A DNA stretch of 9,014 nucleotides from Octopus sinensis (Eukaryota). The stretch lies in assembly GCF_006345805.1 (NCBI RefSeq), contig NW_021828167.1:1-9014 (forward strand), read 5' to 3'. The notes beneath the pieces were generated by a model that ran no database searches, was not told the origin of the DNA, and was given only the letters and a program-made list of their open reading frames with translations. Every line of letters begins with the position of its first letter. Position 1 is the first letter of the stretch. Shown in pieces: positions 6,300 to 9,014 of this stretch. A program made the position numbers and the translations under genes.

Positions 6300-6369
6300 C
6301 ATACATACATACATACATATGTGATGTGAGTGTGAGTGGGTGTGCGTGTGTGAGTGTGTTTGTGTGTGT
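6258..6369. repeat. (TA)n-(TACA)n-(TG)n microsatellite
   Basis: Direct reading. Confidence 0.95.
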
Positions 6370-6542
6370 TATTTAAAACTGTTTGCTAACTGAGCCCGAC
6401 AAGCTAGGTTTCTGTAAGAAAATAGAATTTTAAGCTGCATGGGGCCGAATAAAACTGTTTGAAATAATAATAAATGTAACTCCTACTAAAAGTGCTGCGT
6501 ATTGCTTTCTTTCGTATGTCCACTCGCAAGCATGTACTTACG

Positions 6543-6558
6543 TATATATATATAAATA

Positions 6559-6602
<44 letters not shown>

Positions 6603-6739
6603 TACATATACATAAATACACACACAAACAGACACATGCAAAATACACATACATACACACACACATATGTATGTATATATATATATATGTATGTATGTGT
6701 GTATGTATATAAGTGTTTGTGTGCTTATATCTATATATA
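6543..6739. repeat. (TA)n/(CA)n/(TG)n low-complexity block
   Basis: Direct reading. Confidence 0.93.
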
Positions 6740-7240
6740 AATGCATTCAAACATCAACGTTTCACCATTGGCCATACAGTCTTTTCAGACAGTTTTCCTC
6801 TGACTACAAGGCCGAACACGTCGCATCACTCTTACAGATAACAAAGTGTCATTTGTATGAGAAATGGCTGCCATATCTATTATGTTGAGTGACCAGCCAT
6901 ACGGAAGCTTTCCCTCACTCTTACTTTCTCATTGGCTCATCGCTCCGGCTTCATGTACAAGTCAATAGAATTGATCGATCATCCTTTGAAGGATATCTTT
7001 AATCGATTTAGATATATATTTACATAAACCTATAGGCGACACTCACGTATCTCTCGAAGCCATTATCCACGTCAATTGTGTATTCTCTTATTCGTGGACA
7101 CGTTTCCGCTTATTGGTTATGACTGATATCGAAACTGGTTTGCGTACTCTTCTGGCGGGGAACTTACTTCTTATCCAGGCGTTAACGGCATTAAGTAAAG
7201 AAAGTAACGATTGCTCACAATGTCAGAAGGCCAAGCACAA

Positions 7241-7312
7241 GTGTTTGTGTGTGATGTGTATATGTATAATATATGTCTCTGTGTGTGCGTGCATGTGTGT
7301 ACGGATGTGTGT

Positions 7313-7348
<36 letters not shown>

Positions 7349-7494
7349 ATATGTTACGTATGTATATAGATACATACATATACATACACATATGCTTACA
7401 TATAGATATGCGTATGTGTATTTGTGAGTCTCTGGGTGCATGTGCGACTGTGTGTATTTCAAGTGAGTGAAAGAGAGACAGAGAGAGAGAGAGA
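7241..7494. repeat. (TG)n/(TA)n/(GA)n low-complexity block
   Basis: Direct reading. Confidence 0.93.
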
Positions 7495-7980
7495 ATGTGA
7501 GTGAAGGAAAAGGTAAGGGTGGAGTAAAGGCTGATGGAGAGGCGGCATAAAATAATCGGTTGTATTGATCCTAGTCGATGGAATCGACCCTTTTCGACTG
7601 CACTGTCAAGGAGGTAAAGCCATATTTATTGATTAAAGTATTAAAAAGCCAGAGTATATTCAAATATACGTTAACGAAAAACTATGTTAACCGATGACTA
7701 ATATCAATTTTTTTTTTTTTTACTTTTTTTACACCGGCTTGTACGGGAGATAACTCCGAAGGCAAATTCGCCTTTTTTTGAAAGCACATCAGTGACGTAT
7801 AGCCTTATTGTGTGAACTATAAAGTTTTTGAGACTCCTTACCTCTTGATATATAAGAAAATATCAATTGCTTTGCTTTTATTATTATCATCAAAACGATA
7901 TTATTGTTTCTAACAATACGGTGTGTAAATGGTTTTATCAACACTAGTTTTTTTTTTCTTCTTTTTATTATAATCATGCC

Positions 7981-8113
7981 GCCGAGATCGGCTTTGCTTT
8001 CATACTCTTGGGATCGATAAAATAAGTAACAGATGAACACTACAGTCGATATCACCTACCTCGGCCTCCTCTCAAAATTGCTGGCTTTGTGATAAAAATT
8101 AGAAAGTAATTGT
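7981..8113 (+). mobile_element. SINE family B body/tail fragment (diverged)
   Basis: gccgagatcggctttgctttcatactcttgggatcgataaaataagtaacag..gtcgat..aaaattgctggctttgtgataaaaattagaaag aligns with 5026-5143. Confidence 0.72.
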
Positions 8114-8239
8114 TATCAGAAAAATCATGATAGTGAAATTGCTTCTTTGAAGTTACTTGTTTAACACTGCTGACAATAAATATTTTTTCATTCTGGTCGT
8201 CTACTTAAACTCAGTTATACTTTGTGCCATAAAAATGGT

Positions 8240-8445
8240 TCATTTTGTACAAAAGATATTTAGGCGAGACCTGTCAAACTCATGCAAGAATTTTCACATT
8301 GGTGTTGACACTCAACCGTTTGCTTGTCCAAATTTTTTTCCTAAGTTTGTCCTAAATATCCGTCAGTGTTTTCAGACTTTTAGTTAACCCTTGTTTCATA
8401 TTTACTAAATAATATAAAGCTTGCCTTCCATACGTCCCAAGTTAC
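8240..8445 (-). pseudogene. Possible decayed RTE-clade LINE ORF fragment (region C-terminal to the RT core)
   Basis: A minus frame reads *LGT...DKLRKKIWTSKRLSVNTNVKILA*V...YLLY (core 8351-8289). This resembles the RTE motif YLGS...FG.LRKRVW.N..LS..TK.KVY..CV...LLYG. Stops are present and the match is by eye only. Confidence 0.4.
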
Positions 8446-8678
8446 TCTGGTAGTTGAAAAAACAAAGAACCAAAAAACTGGGGATGTGTATCATATATAA
8501 TGCATGAATACCAGGGAAAATATCCGGTGTAACATGTAATATAGAGAACAGAGGGAGCGTTAAGAATCATGAGGGTTAAAATGTCAAGTCTTGGTTGGCC
8601 AGCGGAACTCAGAATGATGCAGTATGTAACTGTATACAGTAATGCTTTTAATTCAATGTTCTGCCACAAAAATGTTTA

Positions 8679-9014
8679 GGCGCAGGACTGGCTGTGTGGT
8701 AAGTAGCTTGCTTACCAACCACATGGTTCCGGGTTCAGTCTCACTGCGTGCCACTTTCGGCATGTGTCTTGTTCTATAGCTTAGGGCCGACCAAAGCCTT
8801 GTAAGTGGATTTGGCAGACGGAAACTGAAAGAACCCTGTCGTATATATGTGTGTGTGTGTGTGTGTTTGTGTGTCTGTGTTTGCCCGCCCAACATTGCTT
8901 GACAACCGATGCTGGTGTGTTTACGTCCCCGTAACCTAGCGGTTCGGCAAAAGAGACCGATAGAATAAGTACTAGGCTTACAAAGAATACGTCCTGGAGT
9001 CGATTTGCTCAACT
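8679..9014 (+). mobile_element. tRNA-derived SINE family A, intact head, truncated by window end
   Basis: ggcgcaggactggctgtgtggtaag: A box tggctgtgtggt 8689-8700, B box ggttcagtctc 8732-8742. Internal (TG)n ~8848-8880. Body is homologous to the reverse complement of 4528-4970. Confidence 0.93.

Noticed and set aside
6860-6878. 19-nt imperfect palindrome agaaatggctgccatatct
   Set aside because: Short, isolated dyad that is compatible with chance in 9 kb.
7560-7600. gtcgat-gga-atcgac hairpin
   Set aside because: Probably a degenerate remnant of the SINE ggggtcgat..atcgac motif, but too diverged to call.
7691-7697. CCGAUGA core-like heptamer on the plus strand
   Set aside because: Followed by AT-rich sequence and a T run, with no GAAA or helices.
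7746-7779. Two tiny hairpins (ggag/ctcc, aaggc/gcctt) followed by a T run, resembling an intrinsic terminator
   Set aside because: Eukaryotic context, stems of only 4-5 bp, and no upstream Pol III promoter boxes seen.

Overview
AT-rich, microsatellite-dense eukaryotic non-coding DNA with no credible intact protein-coding gene; the listed ORFs are mostly microsatellite or SINE artefacts. The tRNA-headed SINE families look like those I recognise from octopus (coleoid cephalopod) genomes, but that taxon call is from memory and is not proven here. The window holds one full-length and several partial copies of a tRNA-derived SINE, two fragments of a second related SINE, a decayed tRNA-Thr(CGT)-like gene with its own oligo-T terminator, and possible LINE/Penelope relics. 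The main find is three separate minimal type I hammerhead-ribozyme motifs of the kind associated with Penelope-like elements: 354-388 (-), 927-976 (+) and 5192-5243 (+). Each has a different palindromic helix III (AACGUU, ACCCGGGU, ACUUCGAAGU), and two share a CCGACGA (U4C) core. A cluster of long near-perfect hairpins (535-843) lies between the first two, and a downstream strand (1059-1073) could refold and silence the second. All folds were derived by eye and activity is untested.
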